In this document: in pieces, positions 9,844 through 20,754 of the stretch
How the letters are laid out: every line of letters starts with the position of its first letter
How positions within the stretch are numbered: position 1 is the first letter of the stretch
IMG/VR virus record: IMGVR_UViG_3300021387_000032
Coordinates: 2,463-66,462 of that record
DNA from: a virus
Length of the DNA: 64,000 nucleotides
Reading direction: 5' to 3' (one strand)
Notes under the pieces: generated by a model
The model's input: only the letters and a program-made list of their open reading frames with translations
The model's database searches: none
What the model was told of the DNA's origin: nothing
Made by a program: the position numbers and the translations under genes

Positions 9844-12800
9844 TTACACCCCTCTCTCATTCATAACAGCCATTCTTCCAAACGACCGATCCATAGGTTC
9901 TGACAATTCACCAACAAGTGTTCCGGTATCAAGAACGATGTTCATATTCTGAAGAACACTATTCATTTGCGAAATATTGTCTTTAAGATCAAGAATAGCG
10001 GATACTACATCATTATTATTAATGTTAAGCCCAGCTTCGTTTCCAACAAACATATCTGTCAGATTATCTTTGAGATCTACAATAGCTCTAAGCACGTCAT
10101 TGTTATTAACGACCACTCCATTTTGATTTCTTTCAAGCATGGTATTGACTCCGATATTTGCGGAAGTCGCAAGCTCCATACTTGTATTAGCGTCAATCAT
10201 TGAACCGAGATCTCTCATACCAGTATTTACATCGGTGAGATCCATAATCGGTCTGATCGTAGGTTCGGTGCTAATTCCGTTTTCTACAAGCTCAGTAACT
10301 CTGTTTACGATGGAATTAATCTTATCAAGAGTTCCTTCTCCAAATTGGGAAGCAGCATTAGTAGCAACTTTTGCATAATCTGTAATACCATTCGCAAAAC
10401 CCTCTACGACATATCGACCATATTCATGTGTTACCCGTGAAGGCGAGTGTTCGTCAAAGATTTGCCGGATACGTTCTTTTACAGCACCAAATACGTTAGA
10501 AGTAGTCTCTTTGAGTTTGTTAAATGTTTCAGAGTCTTCTATACCTCGCTTAAGACCTTCGAGAATATTCTTACCGGAAGTTACGAAATCGTTTATATCG
10601 AAATCTTTAAGGCTATTGATTACGGCATGAAAGCCCTGTTTGACATTCTCTTTAGCGCTGTCAATACCCTCGTGGATCTTGCCCATAAGTTCAGATCCCT
10701 TGACTTTGAAATCTTCGTATTTCTCTTGAATTTTATTAACAAGAGCTTCGCCAAGTTCGCGGATCTTATCCACGGCAGCACCTATCAGTCCACCGATACC
10801 AACTATTAAGCCCTCTACTAAATATCCGCCGACTTCTTGCATGACGGTAGAAGGGGAATGGATACCGAAAAATACAAGTAAAGCTTCGAGCATGGATTTT
10901 CCGAGATTCACTATAGCGTCTCTAAGTTTTATGACGTTTTCTTCGTTGCCAAAAGCAGCAGCTATGCCATCGATAATATTTATAACCAGATCCCATAGAG
11001 CCTGCATAATATCTGCCATTTTTTCAGAGATACCGGTTATTATGCCGAGTATTATGTCTATCAACGAGCTTACAATGGAACCAGAATGTTCTGCTAATTG
11101 TATTAATAGTTCGTCAATTATTACAAAAATAGTTTCGATTATCTTAGGCGCTAATTCAATAAGTAAATCTAACAAAGAACTGAGTATATTTTTTATAACA
11201 TCAAGTATCTTTGGTAACTCGTTTCCGATGCCGACAAACATGTCAACAATAGAAGTCACAATACCTTCAACTAAAGAAGGAAGAGCACCAATAAGTTCTT
11301 TTAATAATGAAACAAAAGCGCCTACAGCAACTGCACTTCCGGATATAAGTGCCGGCAAAGCGGCGGCCATTGCTGACATTCCAACACCAGCTAACATTAA
11401 TCCACCGCCGATTAGACCTAATGCGACTCCGAGTCCCATCATAAGAGGAAGAACAGGTGCAATTCCGAGTGAAGCTGCCGCAAACACAATTACAGCACCG
11501 GCGAACGTTATTAACGATTTGAGTATTTCGCCAACAGACATATCACCTAATTTCTGTAAAGCCGGAGCTAAAACGTTTAAAGCGACCGCCATAACCATTA
11601 TAGCAGCAGCGCCAGGAAGAGCTCCAACCATGGAGTTCCCAGCTACAGACATAATGATTAATGATCCAGCAACTGCGACAAGACCTTTGGCTAATTCGGA
11701 AAGGCTTAATTCACCGAACTTTTTAACTGCATCGGCCAATATAACAAGACCCTCGGCGAGCATGATGAAACCAACACCACTACCGATACTTGCCCCCTGC
11801 GTATTATTAACAAACAATGCTAATCCGGTTAAAAGACCGGCGACGCTTAAAAGTCCTTTTATGAGATCATCAATATCAATGTTCGATATTTGCTCAACGG
11901 CGTCGGCCAGTATTTTTATCGAGCCAGCAATCATTAATATACCAACACCAGACAATACGCCAGCAGAATCAAGTTGTGTTTCGTTAATAAATATCGCTAA
12001 ACCAGCTAAAAGAGTTCCTACTCCGAACAACCCAGTTAACAATTGCGAAATATCTATGTCGGACAATTGAGCCACAGCATCTGACAGTATCTTAATTGAA
12101 GTGGCGATTAGTAAAATTCCGACTCCCGATAAAACGCCCGTTGATTCGAACTGCGTTTGATTAATAAATATCGCCAAACCAGCTAAAAGAGCTCCTACTC
12201 CAAGAAGTCCTGCAATTAATTCATCTGAATCTATCTCGGATAATTGTTTTACGGACTCTGATAGTACTTTAATAGCCTCAGCAATTATTACTATCGATAG
12301 ACCAGACCGAATACTAAGACCGTCGAAGTTCGTATTGTTCAGGAATATCATCAAACCGCCAAGTATTGCTCCGACGCCTATTAAACCTCTAATCATTTCT
12401 TCCCAGTTTAATTTGGAAAGATAGGCCACTGACCCTGATAAAATAGAAATCGCAGCAGCCATCTCAATTAACAAGATTCCAGCTCCCTGCATAGACATAA
12501 ATTGCTTTGGATCGAGAACCTCTGTTATTTTGATCATAGATTTAGTAAGCATCACAAACATGGCAGCTAAAACACCTAAAGCAATTCCCATTTTTTTACT
12601 GTCTAAAGTTGACAGAACAAATAAAGAAGCTGCTAATATGCCTATAGACACTGCTATGTTTCTAATTATCTGAGCTTTAAGGTTGTTCTGATAAGCTTCG
12701 AGACTTTCACGAACACCGTCTAATATCTCACGAGCGTTTTTAAAGAACCCACTTACATTTTTCGCAGCACTACCAAAGTCTTTAAATACTCCAGTAAGCA

Positions 12801-14817
12801 TAGTAAGCATGGATAGTATAGCTCCGGAATTAATAATGTCTATTATCTTGTCGTAATCTATTTCGCTAAGATAATGAGATAAGGAAACTGCGAAATCGCC
12901 AAAGAACCCAATAAAATTCCCTATCAACTTCGAAATAGCCGGTAATCCATTTACAAAAAGATCTTCTATTAATCCGAATATATGTTTTATACCATCAAGC
13001 AAAAACGATATTGGATGCAATTTATCAGACACTTTGTTCGATAAATCGTCTAAACCGCTTAGATCGATGTCTTTAAAATGTGAAAAACCGTCGGCGATAT
13101 TTGATACGCTTTCCTCGATGCTTTCTTTGATACGATCGAAATGATTAGAAACTTCTGATTGAAAATATTTTAATTTTTCAACTGTTTTAGAAGCCATTTC
13201 TTCAATGGTTTCTGGAAGAGTTTCGATGTGAGGACGAAGTTTACTAACCAATTCTGACAATTTATCAACAACAGGATTAATATATTCGACTAACTTCGAA
13301 AAATATTCTTGTATTTTCGATGATATCAGGTCTTGTATAACAGCCCGATTATTCGCTATTAAATCGCCATAGACTCCGAGAAACGACAGCAAGCTGTTCG
13401 CTAAAGACATTACCACTCCGGCACCAGGCTTTATTAATTTGATTATTGAACCTATAGTTCCCGCAGCAATGTCGATTAGCGAAAACAAACCTCTAAAAAC
13501 ATTTTTAAGATTGGTAGTTTGTTCTTCACTAAGGGTTAAATGCGATGTAAAATCTCTAAAACCTTCACTCAACTTAACAAGTTGTTCACTCGTTGTTGGC
13601 GGGAATATCTCCCGAAAAGCTTCTTTAATCGGACGTACTATTGAAAGAAGTCCCTGAAGAGCATTTTTAAAGCCATCTATTATAGCAGTTCGCCCCCCAA
13701 GATCGCTCCAACCTTTAAGCAATTCGTTTCTGGCAGCAGCCTGATTTTTAATCACGTCGGACATAAAGTTACTAACGTTTGTCCATAATTCCCTGGCTTG
13801 ATCGAAATTACCAAATATAATCTCCCATGTAACTGCCCAACCAGAGCCAACTGCTTCTTTAAGAGTGTCCATTAATTGGCTAAACGTTTTTACTTCAGTA
13901 GCAGCATCTTGTGCTTGTTTTCCGATCCCCTCAGCACCGTTTCCATATCGCTTAAGAGTCTCGATAAGGACTTCAGACGTAAGCCACTGGTAGTTTAATG
14001 AGTCTCTAAAGTTCTTAGCCGTAAGAGCTTCTTCCATCGACGCGCCTTTATTATTCGTAGTAAGAACTTTATAAGTACCATCAGCCTGTTTTTCTACAGT
14101 CCCAAAAGCAGCGGCGGTTTCCAGCAACTCGTTTTTAAACCCCATGGTTGCCATCTGAGCATTTTCAATAGACATCCAGTCAATAAGTTTGACATATCCA
14201 CCAGATAGAGCTTGCGCGAAATTATACATTGCGTGAGAAGCTTGTTCGGCATTTGCTCCAGAAAGAGCTGCTTCGTTTGAAATACCTTTAATGGCGGCAA
14301 CAGCATCGTCAAGATTGACCCCAGCGTTTGTAAACTTGCCGATGTTATTAGTCATATCAGAGAACGAATAAATAGTATCGTCTGCATACTGATTCAATTC
14401 TTCTAACTTCTGCATGACGACATCAAGAGACTCTCCAGAACCATTCATGATTGTCTGAACCGCTCCCATTTTGAGTTCATACTCATTAAAGCCCTCTTTA
14501 ATAGGATCAATGGTCAATGACTCGGCCATTTGTTTTCCGGTGTTTACCACTGAATTGGTAATATTAGCAAGAGCGGTGACTCCAACAACTTCCAATGCTG
14601 AGAATCGATTTTTGACGACATCTACTGCATCACCAAGCGGACCCATATTAACTCCTTTTATAGAGTTTCCAAGATCGCCAAGGCTCTTTCTGATACCTCC
14701 AAAATTAAACGAAGATTTTAATCGTTCTAACGTAGACATGCTCGTGGCAGCATTTCTTTCGAAATCACGATTGTCAAATTTCATAGATACGACTTTTTCG
14801 TCTATAATTTCTCGCAT
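9844..14817 (-). CDS. Tape measure protein
   Basis: ~1650 aa, helical with hydrophobic repeats (~59-aa period near 11.8-12.3 kb); tape-measure domain; position. Confidence 0.92.
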   Translation of the reverse strand: MREIIDEKVVSMKFDNRDFERNAATSMSTLERLKSSFNFGGIRKSLGDLGNSIKGVNMGPLGDAVDVVKNRFSALEVVGVTALANITNSVVNTGKQMAESLTIDPIKEGFNEYELKMGAVQTIMNGSGESLDVVMQKLEELNQYADDTIYSFSDMTNNIGKFTNAGVNLDDAVAAIKGISNEAALSGANAEQASHAMYNFAQALSGGYVKLIDWMSIENAQMATMGFKNELLETAAAFGTVEKQADGTYKVLTTNNKGASMEEALTAKNFRDSLNYQWLTSEVLIETLKRYGNGAEGIGKQAQDAATEVKTFSQLMDTLKEAVGSGWAVTWEIIFGNFDQARELWTNVSNFMSDVIKNQAAARNELLKGWSDLGGRTAIIDGFKNALQGLLSIVRPIKEAFREIFPPTTSEQLVKLSEGFRDFTSHLTLSEEQTTNLKNVFRGLFSLIDIAAGTIGSIIKLIKPGAGVVMSLANSLLSFLGVYGDLIANNRAVIQDLISSKIQEYFSKLVEYINPVVDKLSELVSKLRPHIETLPETIEEMASKTVEKLKYFQSEVSNHFDRIKESIEESVSNIADGFSHFKDIDLSGLDDLSNKVSDKLHPISFLLDGIKHIFGLIEDLFVNGLPAISKLIGNFIGFFGDFAVSLSHYLSEIDYDKIIDIINSGAILSMLTMLTGVFKDFGSAAKNVSGFFKNAREILDGVRESLEAYQNNLKAQIIRNIAVSIGILAASLFVLSTLDSKKMGIALGVLAAMFVMLTKSMIKITEVLDPKQFMSMQGAGILLIEMAAAISILSGSVAYLSKLNWEEMIRGLIGVGAILGGLMIFLNNTNFDGLSIRSGLSIVIIAEAIKVLSESVKQLSEIDSDELIAGLLGVGALLAGLAIFINQTQFESTGVLSGVGILLIATSIKILSDAVAQLSDIDISQLLTGLFGVGTLLAGLAIFINETQLDSAGVLSGVGILMIAGSIKILADAVEQISNIDIDDLIKGLLSVAGLLTGLALFVNNTQGASIGSGVGFIMLAEGLVILADAVKKFGELSLSELAKGLVAVAGSLIIMSVAGNSMVGALPGAAAIMVMAVALNVLAPALQKLGDMSVGEILKSLITFAGAVIVFAAASLGIAPVLPLMMGLGVALGLIGGGLMLAGVGMSAMAAALPALISGSAVAVGAFVSLLKELIGALPSLVEGIVTSIVDMFVGIGNELPKILDVIKNILSSLLDLLIELAPKIIETIFVIIDELLIQLAEHSGSIVSSLIDIILGIITGISEKMADIMQALWDLVINIIDGIAAAFGNEENVIKLRDAIVNLGKSMLEALLVFFGIHSPSTVMQEVGGYLVEGLIVGIGGLIGAAVDKIRELGEALVNKIQEKYEDFKVKGSELMGKIHEGIDSAKENVKQGFHAVINSLKDFDINDFVTSGKNILEGLKRGIEDSETFNKLKETTSNVFGAVKERIRQIFDEHSPSRVTHEYGRYVVEGFANGITDYAKVATNAASQFGEGTLDKINSIVNRVTELVENGISTEPTIRPIMDLTDVNTGMRDLGSMIDANTSMELATSANIGVNTMLERNQNGVVVNNNDVLRAIVDLKDNLTDMFVGNEAGLNINNNDVVSAILDLKDNISQMNSVLQNMNIVLDTGTLVGELSEPMDRSFGRMAVMNERGV

Positions 14818-14819
14818 GT

Positions 14820-15191
14820 TTAAGTCACCTCCTTCCAAACAGTTTCCGCCATTTCGTCAAATATCGGACGTATTGCGGGATTTATATAATTTCTGCCTTG
14901 AACATATCCGCCGTTTCTTGTTCCATGTCCGTATTGCAGAATAATGGCTATTGGTACACCGTCGACAACATTTGAATTATGAAAAGAAAGAGTGACGGTT
15001 CCTCGGCTACTATTTATTTTGTAGTACCATGAATTAGCGGTTTTTCCAGTATCAACAGGTGTCGCATCAGAAAGAGCCTTAACTCCTCGTTTTCCATACT
15101 TATCAAGAATACTTAAATTTAACGGTGACTTTAGTTTCTCTAAATATGCTCGTAGTTTGGAGAAATCTCCTTTCTGACTTAGTTCGATCAT
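14820..15191 (-). CDS. HK97 gp10-like neck / tail completion protein
   Basis: TPVDTG.TANSW...LQYGHGT motif. Confidence 0.8.
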   Translation of the reverse strand: MIELSQKGDFSKLRAYLEKLKSPLNLSILDKYGKRGVKALSDATPVDTGKTANSWYYKINSSRGTVTLSFHNSNVVDGVPIAIILQYGHGTRNGGYVQGRNYINPAIRPIFDEMAETVWKEVT

Positions 15192-15193
15192 AG

Positions 15194-15736
15194 TTAACCT
15201 TTCGTGTTATACATCTTCTGTCGGGCAGCATTGATAGCAGCATATTCGTTAAGAACGTCTCTGTTCGACCTCTTCTTAGGCTTCTGGGTTTTGATCTCGC
15301 AAATTCTTATTAAGTTCATCAACCTATTTAGATGCCACTTTTCACATTCAAACGGTATACGAAAAGCAACCATCCAATAATAAATAAGCTCCGATGTAAT
15401 CTGCTCACGACTTCCTCGCTTTGGCGAACGATTGGTAATTGTGGTAGCAGACATCGGAGAATTGATATAATCGGTAATATCTTTTATGTTGTCCGGAGTT
15501 AAATTGTAGTATATTGCATCGCTGACATTTTGCGTGATGGTCATACATCTGAAATAATCTAATATTTCTTCTGTGGTTTTTTCTCGTTTGGTTAAGAACG
15601 GTTTACACCATTTTGATTCCCACTTGGAAAGTGAGACGAGAGAATGTTCAAGTTTTATTGTTTGCTGTTTGGTGTAAACAAACCGTTCTGTTCTCTCGTC
15701 CCATAATTCTCCAGCAGGAATAGTTATAGATAACAA
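15194..15736 (-). CDS. Tail assembly chaperone-like protein
   Basis: Position between the major tail gene and TMP; LEHSLVSLSKWESKW motif. Confidence 0.6.
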   Translation of the reverse strand: MLSITIPAGELWDERTERFVYTKQQTIKLEHSLVSLSKWESKWCKPFLTKREKTTEEILDYFRCMTITQNVSDAIYYNLTPDNIKDITDYINSPMSATTITNRSPKRGSREQITSELIYYWMVAFRIPFECEKWHLNRLMNLIRICEIKTQKPKKRSNRDVLNEYAAINAARQKMYNTKG

Positions 15737-15737
15737 A

Positions 15738-16175
15738 CTAATTACCTGACGTATTCGCCGAAGCCTTAGCTGTTAAATTTGAAGTATCATCAACACCGTT
15801 AGACAATTCTTCCGCAACTTTCTTTGGAATAACAGCTTTAATAAAATCGGCAGCAGCTTTTGCATCTGAACACAGCTCCATAAAAAGAACCGAATATGCT
15901 TCAGTAGCCATGAATCTCTTTGTAATCTCTTCCGATTTGTAGAATTCTCTTCCGTCAGGCGATTTTTCACCGTACGAGTCAATAATGAACTTTTCAAATG
16001 TATCACGAATTAACGGAGCATCGTTGGATTCAGACACTCGTTTAAGTAATTCTGAATATCCTCCGTTTACACTTAATTCGAGTTTAGTTATCTCGGCTTT
16101 TGTGAGATTGAAATAGAAAGTTTCAGTTCTTTCATTATCGTTAAAATCAGTGTACGTAATTGTTTTAGCAAGCAT
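15738..16175 (-). CDS. Tail assembly chaperone
   Basis: Directly follows the major tail gene; strong RBS. Confidence 0.7.
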   Translation of the reverse strand: MLAKTITYTDFNDNERTETFYFNLTKAEITKLELSVNGGYSELLKRVSESNDAPLIRDTFEKFIIDSYGEKSPDGREFYKSEEITKRFMATEAYSVLFMELCSDAKAAADFIKAVIPKKVAEELSNGVDDTSNLTAKASANTSGN

Positions 16176-16202
16176 TTTATTACTCCTTTCGTCGTTTAAT
16201 TA

Positions 16203-16874
16203 TCAGCCAGCAGACCCAGAGAAATGAGAAATAACCTCTGTAGGAAGAGGCAGTCTCGAAGACGCTGTAGTACCAGACCCTTCAGTACCATAGAGAATAT
16301 CTTCGAATGACTTAAGTTTTGCGGAGTCTGCTTTAGTACTATCGATAATAATATGAGCGGTTGGTTTATGACCCGGAACATCAACCGGATTAGTAGTTAC
16401 TTCCCAAGAAAGAGTCATTGCTTCTGGGCTATCGTTGATCGTGTTATAGTCTTTACTCGAAGGGGCTGCCGTACAACCATAAACCAGATGAATCTTATAA
16501 CCCTTATCGGTTCCATCGGTATCGTTACCAATTCTTGTTACATAAGAAAAACCGAAAGACTTACGAGTCTGCTGAGTAGCCACTACGCCGGTAGCAATCT
16601 CGGCAGTACCATCACAAGCGGCAAATTCGTCAGGTCGTGTATAAGCTTCGATTGTAGCGCCATAATCTTCGGCAGAGATCATATTTAAATACTTAATGTT
16701 ATCAGCCCAAAGTGCGGTTGATTCTGCTCCGGAAGGATTTTCAGCCACACCGATAAGACCGTTCCAAGCAACGCCAGTCCCGTAAGCATCATTTTCATAC
16801 GGAAACAGTACACCCTTCTCGACGCCAGTTTCGTAAAATCTTTCGCCGATGGAATCCCATTTAAGTTTTGCCAT
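16203..16874 (-). CDS. Major tail protein
   Basis: YETGVEKGVL...WNGL...WADNIKY...YKIHLVY siphovirus tail-tube signature. Confidence 0.88.
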   Translation of the reverse strand: MAKLKWDSIGERFYETGVEKGVLFPYENDAYGTGVAWNGLIGVAENPSGAESTALWADNIKYLNMISAEDYGATIEAYTRPDEFAACDGTAEIATGVVATQQTRKSFGFSYVTRIGNDTDGTDKGYKIHLVYGCTAAPSSKDYNTINDSPEAMTLSWEVTTNPVDVPGHKPTAHIIIDSTKADSAKLKSFEDILYGTEGSGTTASSRLPLPTEVISHFSGSAG

Positions 16875-16888
16875 GTGTATCCCCCTTT

Positions 16889-17197
16889 TTAATAAAAGAT
16901 TGTAAATACGAAATGATTAAGATTGTCCGATGCATACCATCGATCAAACGAGCTAAACTGTAAGTCAGAAAGTTTGTCAACTATAACGCTGTCAGGATCT
17001 TTGTCAATAAGAATAACTGTATAAGACTTGTTATGAACATATGGCATATCATTCGCATGGTAGTCGACCATCCTGTTTAAAGAATAAACAATTGCCGGGT
17101 ATTTCATCCTAACAGAAGCCGGAGGTTGAAAATAAACTTCGCTACTTCCTAAAATTTCTTCAAGTATGTATTGAAGCTCTACTCGGTCTTTAGACAT
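16889..17197 (-). CDS. Tail terminator / completion protein
   Basis: VYFQPP...YPAIVY; position. Confidence 0.7.
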   Translation of the reverse strand: MSKDRVELQYILEEILGSSEVYFQPPASVRMKYPAIVYSLNRMVDYHANDMPYVHNKSYTVILIDKDPDSVIVDKLSDLQFSSFDRWYASDNLNHFVFTIFY

Positions 17198-17504
17198 TGT
17201 AGACACCCCCAACGGATAAAATTAAACGAGGGTACTGAACCTCGACCGATGTAACCTTCCAGGCAGTACCCAAGTATTTAACATATCTTATAGCGTGAAA
17301 ATTTTCTGTAACATATGGATCAGCGAGAATGCTAATTTGATTCGATATGGTAATATCGTCATTTAAATTGCCGGAAGTTTGTAGATTACGGGTATTTCTC
17401 ATCAGATCTCCATAGTAAGGTCTCTCGACATACTCTTCGATAGAGACTCCTGGTTTACCCTGTTTATCTACAGCAAATCCGACTACACCGTAAAACTTCG
17501 CCAT
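17190..17504 (-). CDS. Head closure (head-tail adaptor) protein
   Basis: Follows the capsid gene; size and WKVTSVEV motif. Confidence 0.7.
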   Translation of the reverse strand: MAKFYGVVGFAVDKQGKPGVSIEEYVERPYYGDLMRNTRNLQTSGNLNDDITISNQISILADPYVTENFHAIRYVKYLGTAWKVTSVEVQYPRLILSVGGVYNV

Positions 17505-17518
17505 TTTGAATTTTCAGA

Positions 17519-19465
17519 TTATGCAGTTACATCTTCTTCCAGAGCAATTGCGGAATAGATTCTTGTAAGTGCGCCGGAGAGACGAGTTTCAATCAGATAC
17601 TTTTCTTTATTGAAGTCGATATCGAAATCACTGAACTTAGCAACTTCGCCACCCTTAGTGGAGCCTACCTGATAATCTGCCAGATTCACAAAGATACCGA
17701 GAAGCTTTTTAGTTTTGAGTGTGTCAGTACCATTAACATTAACAGTAACCTGTCTGGTCTGATCTTCAAACTGCTCTACAGTATGAATGGAGTTAACATT
17801 GAGTGCTCTTGCCAGATCAGCCTCAGAGTCATAGATTCTTCTACCATTGAGGTCTCTTGCCAGAAGCATAATGTTCAGGAGATGAGGAGTGCAGAAGAAG
17901 TCTGGTTTACCGCTACCCTTATACTTCTCTCTGAGATACAGAGATTTAGTAATGATCGCTTCCGCATAGATGTAGTTCTCACCGAAGTGCTTGTCAGTGT
18001 CGGTACCCTGGAGTTCCTGCTCAGCTGCCGTAAGATCTACATCACCATGGATAGTGTAAAGTTCTTCATCAGTCCAGATTGGTCTGATATGAGCTTCCTG
18101 AATCTTGTCAGCAGCAGTAGCGAGTCTACCGTCACCAATGAGGATAGCTCTGGCTAACTCTTCATCAAGAAGTGCTCTCATGATCTTGTATTCGTATTCA
18201 ACAATATCGAAATCGGTGATGTCGATAATATCATCTCTGTGCAGAGAATCCTTTACGTATACAGTCTGAGGGTCAGTGGTTCTGGATACGAGAGTAGCAT
18301 TCTGAAGAGCGATTTTCTGGGAACCCTTGGTCTTATATCCTTCTGCTCTGAGCTTAATATCTCTAATGTCCATCTGTCTGGTTCTGATACGGCTGATTGG
18401 AGACTTGTGTACTCCGTTCATTACTGTAGCAACCCAGGACTGGTCTCTTGTGATGAGTTCTGGAGCACCAGGATAAACATCTTTGTAATCCGGGAAGAGC
18501 TGCTCAATGCCGTCGAAGCCATGCTGTAAAGTGTCAGCGCCAAGGTAGTCCTTCAGAGCGCCCTGTAAACTGCCGTTATCTTTCGCCATTTTGAGTACGG
18601 CTTCCTGATCGGCATGTGCGAAATATACTTCGTTCGGGTTAGAATCAAATACGTTGTGTTTCATGAATTCGTCTCCTTCGTAATAATCATCTTCGTATTC
18701 GTCATAGTAATCAGAGTGTTCCACTTCATCGTCTTCGTCCGAATCGTCAATCATGTTTTCAATGATTGTATAAACGGCGTTCTTCTGTTTATCCGTTAAA
18801 GAGTCGAACACATCACCAATCTTTTCATCACTGTAATTGTCAGCATGTTTAATATCAGCGTCTTCGCCAAGAAGGGTGCCGATAATAGCATATACAGCCT
18901 GTTTCTGTTTCTCGCTCAACGTATCAAACACGTCGCCAATGGTTTCCTCATCATCAGCATGTTCGATATAATCTTCATATTCGTAATTGTCCATATCGTC
19001 TGAATGCTCCAATTCCAAGTCAAATCCTGTGCATATAATCGCGTCTTCCTTTTCAGATCCGTCTTCACTGTGGTACATTACAGAGTCGATGTATGCTCCG
19101 GGGTTTGCTCCCGCATGAACAAGACTTACTTCTCTGATGTTTCCGTGAAGAACATTTCCACCCTGCTGTTTGAGCTGGTTCGCATAAATAGAAAGCGACG
19201 TAATGTCTCCACTCTGAACAAGAGCTTTACCAATTACGCCGCCTTCGGTTTTATTAAATTTTCCATATACACGAACGCCATCTTCAACGTTTTTTAAAAG
19301 CGCATGACCTAATACGTCACCAATATCTTCATGGTTGTGATTCCATACAAGGGGAACCGTCATACCATCATTATCTTTAAAAGCATCCCGCATAATTGTA
19401 CGTCCATCAGAACATCTCAAATTATTCCGGGTAGCCCATCCTGTGAAATCGTAATCGTGACTCAC
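17519..19465 (-). CDS. Prohead protease-scaffold-major capsid fusion (HK97 fold); probable internal start at 18664
   Basis: N-terminal HK97-type protease (PLVWNH, LSI, IREVSLV..GANP), acidic linker, C-terminal capsid. RBS GAAGGAG precedes internal MKHNVF. Confidence 0.88.
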   Translation of the reverse strand: MSHDYDFTGWATRNNLRCSDGRTIMRDAFKDNDGMTVPLVWNHNHEDIGDVLGHALLKNVEDGVRVYGKFNKTEGGVIGKALVQSGDITSLSIYANQLKQQGGNVLHGNIREVSLVHAGANPGAYIDSVMYHSEDGSEKEDAIICTGFDLELEHSDDMDNYEYEDYIEHADDEETIGDVFDTLSEKQKQAVYAIIGTLLGEDADIKHADNYSDEKIGDVFDSLTDKQKNAVYTIIENMIDDSDEDDEVEHSDYYDEYEDDYYEGDEFMKHNVFDSNPNEVYFAHADQEAVLKMAKDNGSLQGALKDYLGADTLQHGFDGIEQLFPDYKDVYPGAPELITRDQSWVATVMNGVHKSPISRIRTRQMDIRDIKLRAEGYKTKGSQKIALQNATLVSRTTDPQTVYVKDSLHRDDIIDITDFDIVEYEYKIMRALLDEELARAILIGDGRLATAADKIQEAHIRPIWTDEELYTIHGDVDLTAAEQELQGTDTDKHFGENYIYAEAIITKSLYLREKYKGSGKPDFFCTPHLLNIMLLARDLNGRRIYDSEADLARALNVNSIHTVEQFEDQTRQVTVNVNGTDTLKTKKLLGIFVNLADYQVGSTKGGEVAKFSDFDIDFNKEKYLIETRLSGALTRIYSAIALEEDVTA

Positions 19466-20748
19466 AACAATCCCCTTTCTTCTAACTGTTTACGAACTCG
19501 TTCATCCACAAAACGGTTATCGATGTCGGTGCTTACCGATTCTCCATTTTGAATTTTTACGTTTGATTGCTGATTAAGATTCTTATTTCTCAATTCGTCA
19601 GCATTAGGATCGGAAGAAGGTTTCATACCGATCTTCTGACGAATCTCATTAGAAGACATGATTTCATTTCTCGTCATCTTGTCTGAGATTTCAGCAATCT
19701 TCTCAATAGGAGCCAGACGGAACGGATCTCTGAAGAAAGATACAGTCTGTCCCTGAGACCTTGCAGTCTTGGTAAGGAACTTCCGTTTCATTTCGTCGGC
19801 TATTGCAGATAGAATAGGTTCGATTGTACGATTGTGGTAATTAATCATTGTCTGCTCATTCGCTGTGCCATCTAAGATCTCTTTTGTTATTCCTAACTGG
19901 CTGTAAAGCATACTCGTCAGATACTCGATCTGAGACATTAGATTATTTTCAACAGCTCTGTTAAGCTGGACAATTTTCTCTGTACCGTCAGTGTAGGCAA
20001 TACCATACTTGGAGTTTGCCAACTGATCTTCTATCATCTTTCGTCTTTCTTCTGCCTGTTTTCGCCTTGTTTCTGTCTTGACGACATACGGGAGCTGGAT
20101 GATCAAGTCAAGTTTTCCTGAATTACTGTCTTCGTCAACTTTGTCAAGAAGTGCCAACTTTCTAACAAGCCTTTGCATCGTTGAGTTTGGCTCGTTCATA
20201 ACCTCATACAGTGGGTTTTCTACAATACCAACTGACGATTTGGCTACCAGAACCTCTTCTTTACGTCCGGAGATTTCGTTATAAGCTTCGACTCTTACGT
20301 GTCTTGGGTACCACTCTGTAACCCGCCCGGTTCTCATTGAGTTGATCTTAAAGGAACCTGTGACATCCGGATCGGTATCTGTATCAACCGGAAGTATGAC
20401 CACATGACCTTCAGAAAGCATTGACATAACAATATCCTGTCTGAAGTTTCGTCCGGTCTGGTCTATGTTGGCTTCGTCAATTAAACAGTAATTCAAAGTC
20501 GACTTCATTTTCTCCAAATATCGATCATCTTCGTCTAATCTCACATGACGGAGTTCGATCGAGGCACAGTCAATAGCGATTCGATTGAATATCGAGGTTA
20601 TGATCGTCCTCTCATTACGTCTTGAGAGCCTGTGACGGTCTGGTCGATACGTAGCCATTGGACCACGGTAATCAGTGTATGTCGTCGGATCTCTGTTTAA
20701 AAAAACATTCCAGGCGTTTTTTAGCCTGGAAGTAATTGATAGCTCCAT
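19462..20748 (-). CDS. Portal protein
   Basis: 428 aa; HK97-like portal features (NEIRQKIGMKP); lies between terminase and protease. Confidence 0.9.
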   Translation of the reverse strand: MELSITSRLKNAWNVFLNRDPTTYTDYRGPMATYRPDRHRLSRRNERTIITSIFNRIAIDCASIELRHVRLDEDDRYLEKMKSTLNYCLIDEANIDQTGRNFRQDIVMSMLSEGHVVILPVDTDTDPDVTGSFKINSMRTGRVTEWYPRHVRVEAYNEISGRKEEVLVAKSSVGIVENPLYEVMNEPNSTMQRLVRKLALLDKVDEDSNSGKLDLIIQLPYVVKTETRRKQAEERRKMIEDQLANSKYGIAYTDGTEKIVQLNRAVENNLMSQIEYLTSMLYSQLGITKEILDGTANEQTMINYHNRTIEPILSAIADEMKRKFLTKTARSQGQTVSFFRDPFRLAPIEKIAEISDKMTRNEIMSSNEIRQKIGMKPSSDPNADELRNKNLNQQSNVKIQNGESVSTDIDNRFVDERVRKQLEERGLL

Positions 20749-20754
20749 TTTGAA

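Noticed and set aside
10841-12070. 409-aa plus-strand ORF and other plus-strand ORFs
   Set aside because: Antisense shadows of the TMP and other minus-strand genes, with no RBS or recognisable motifs.
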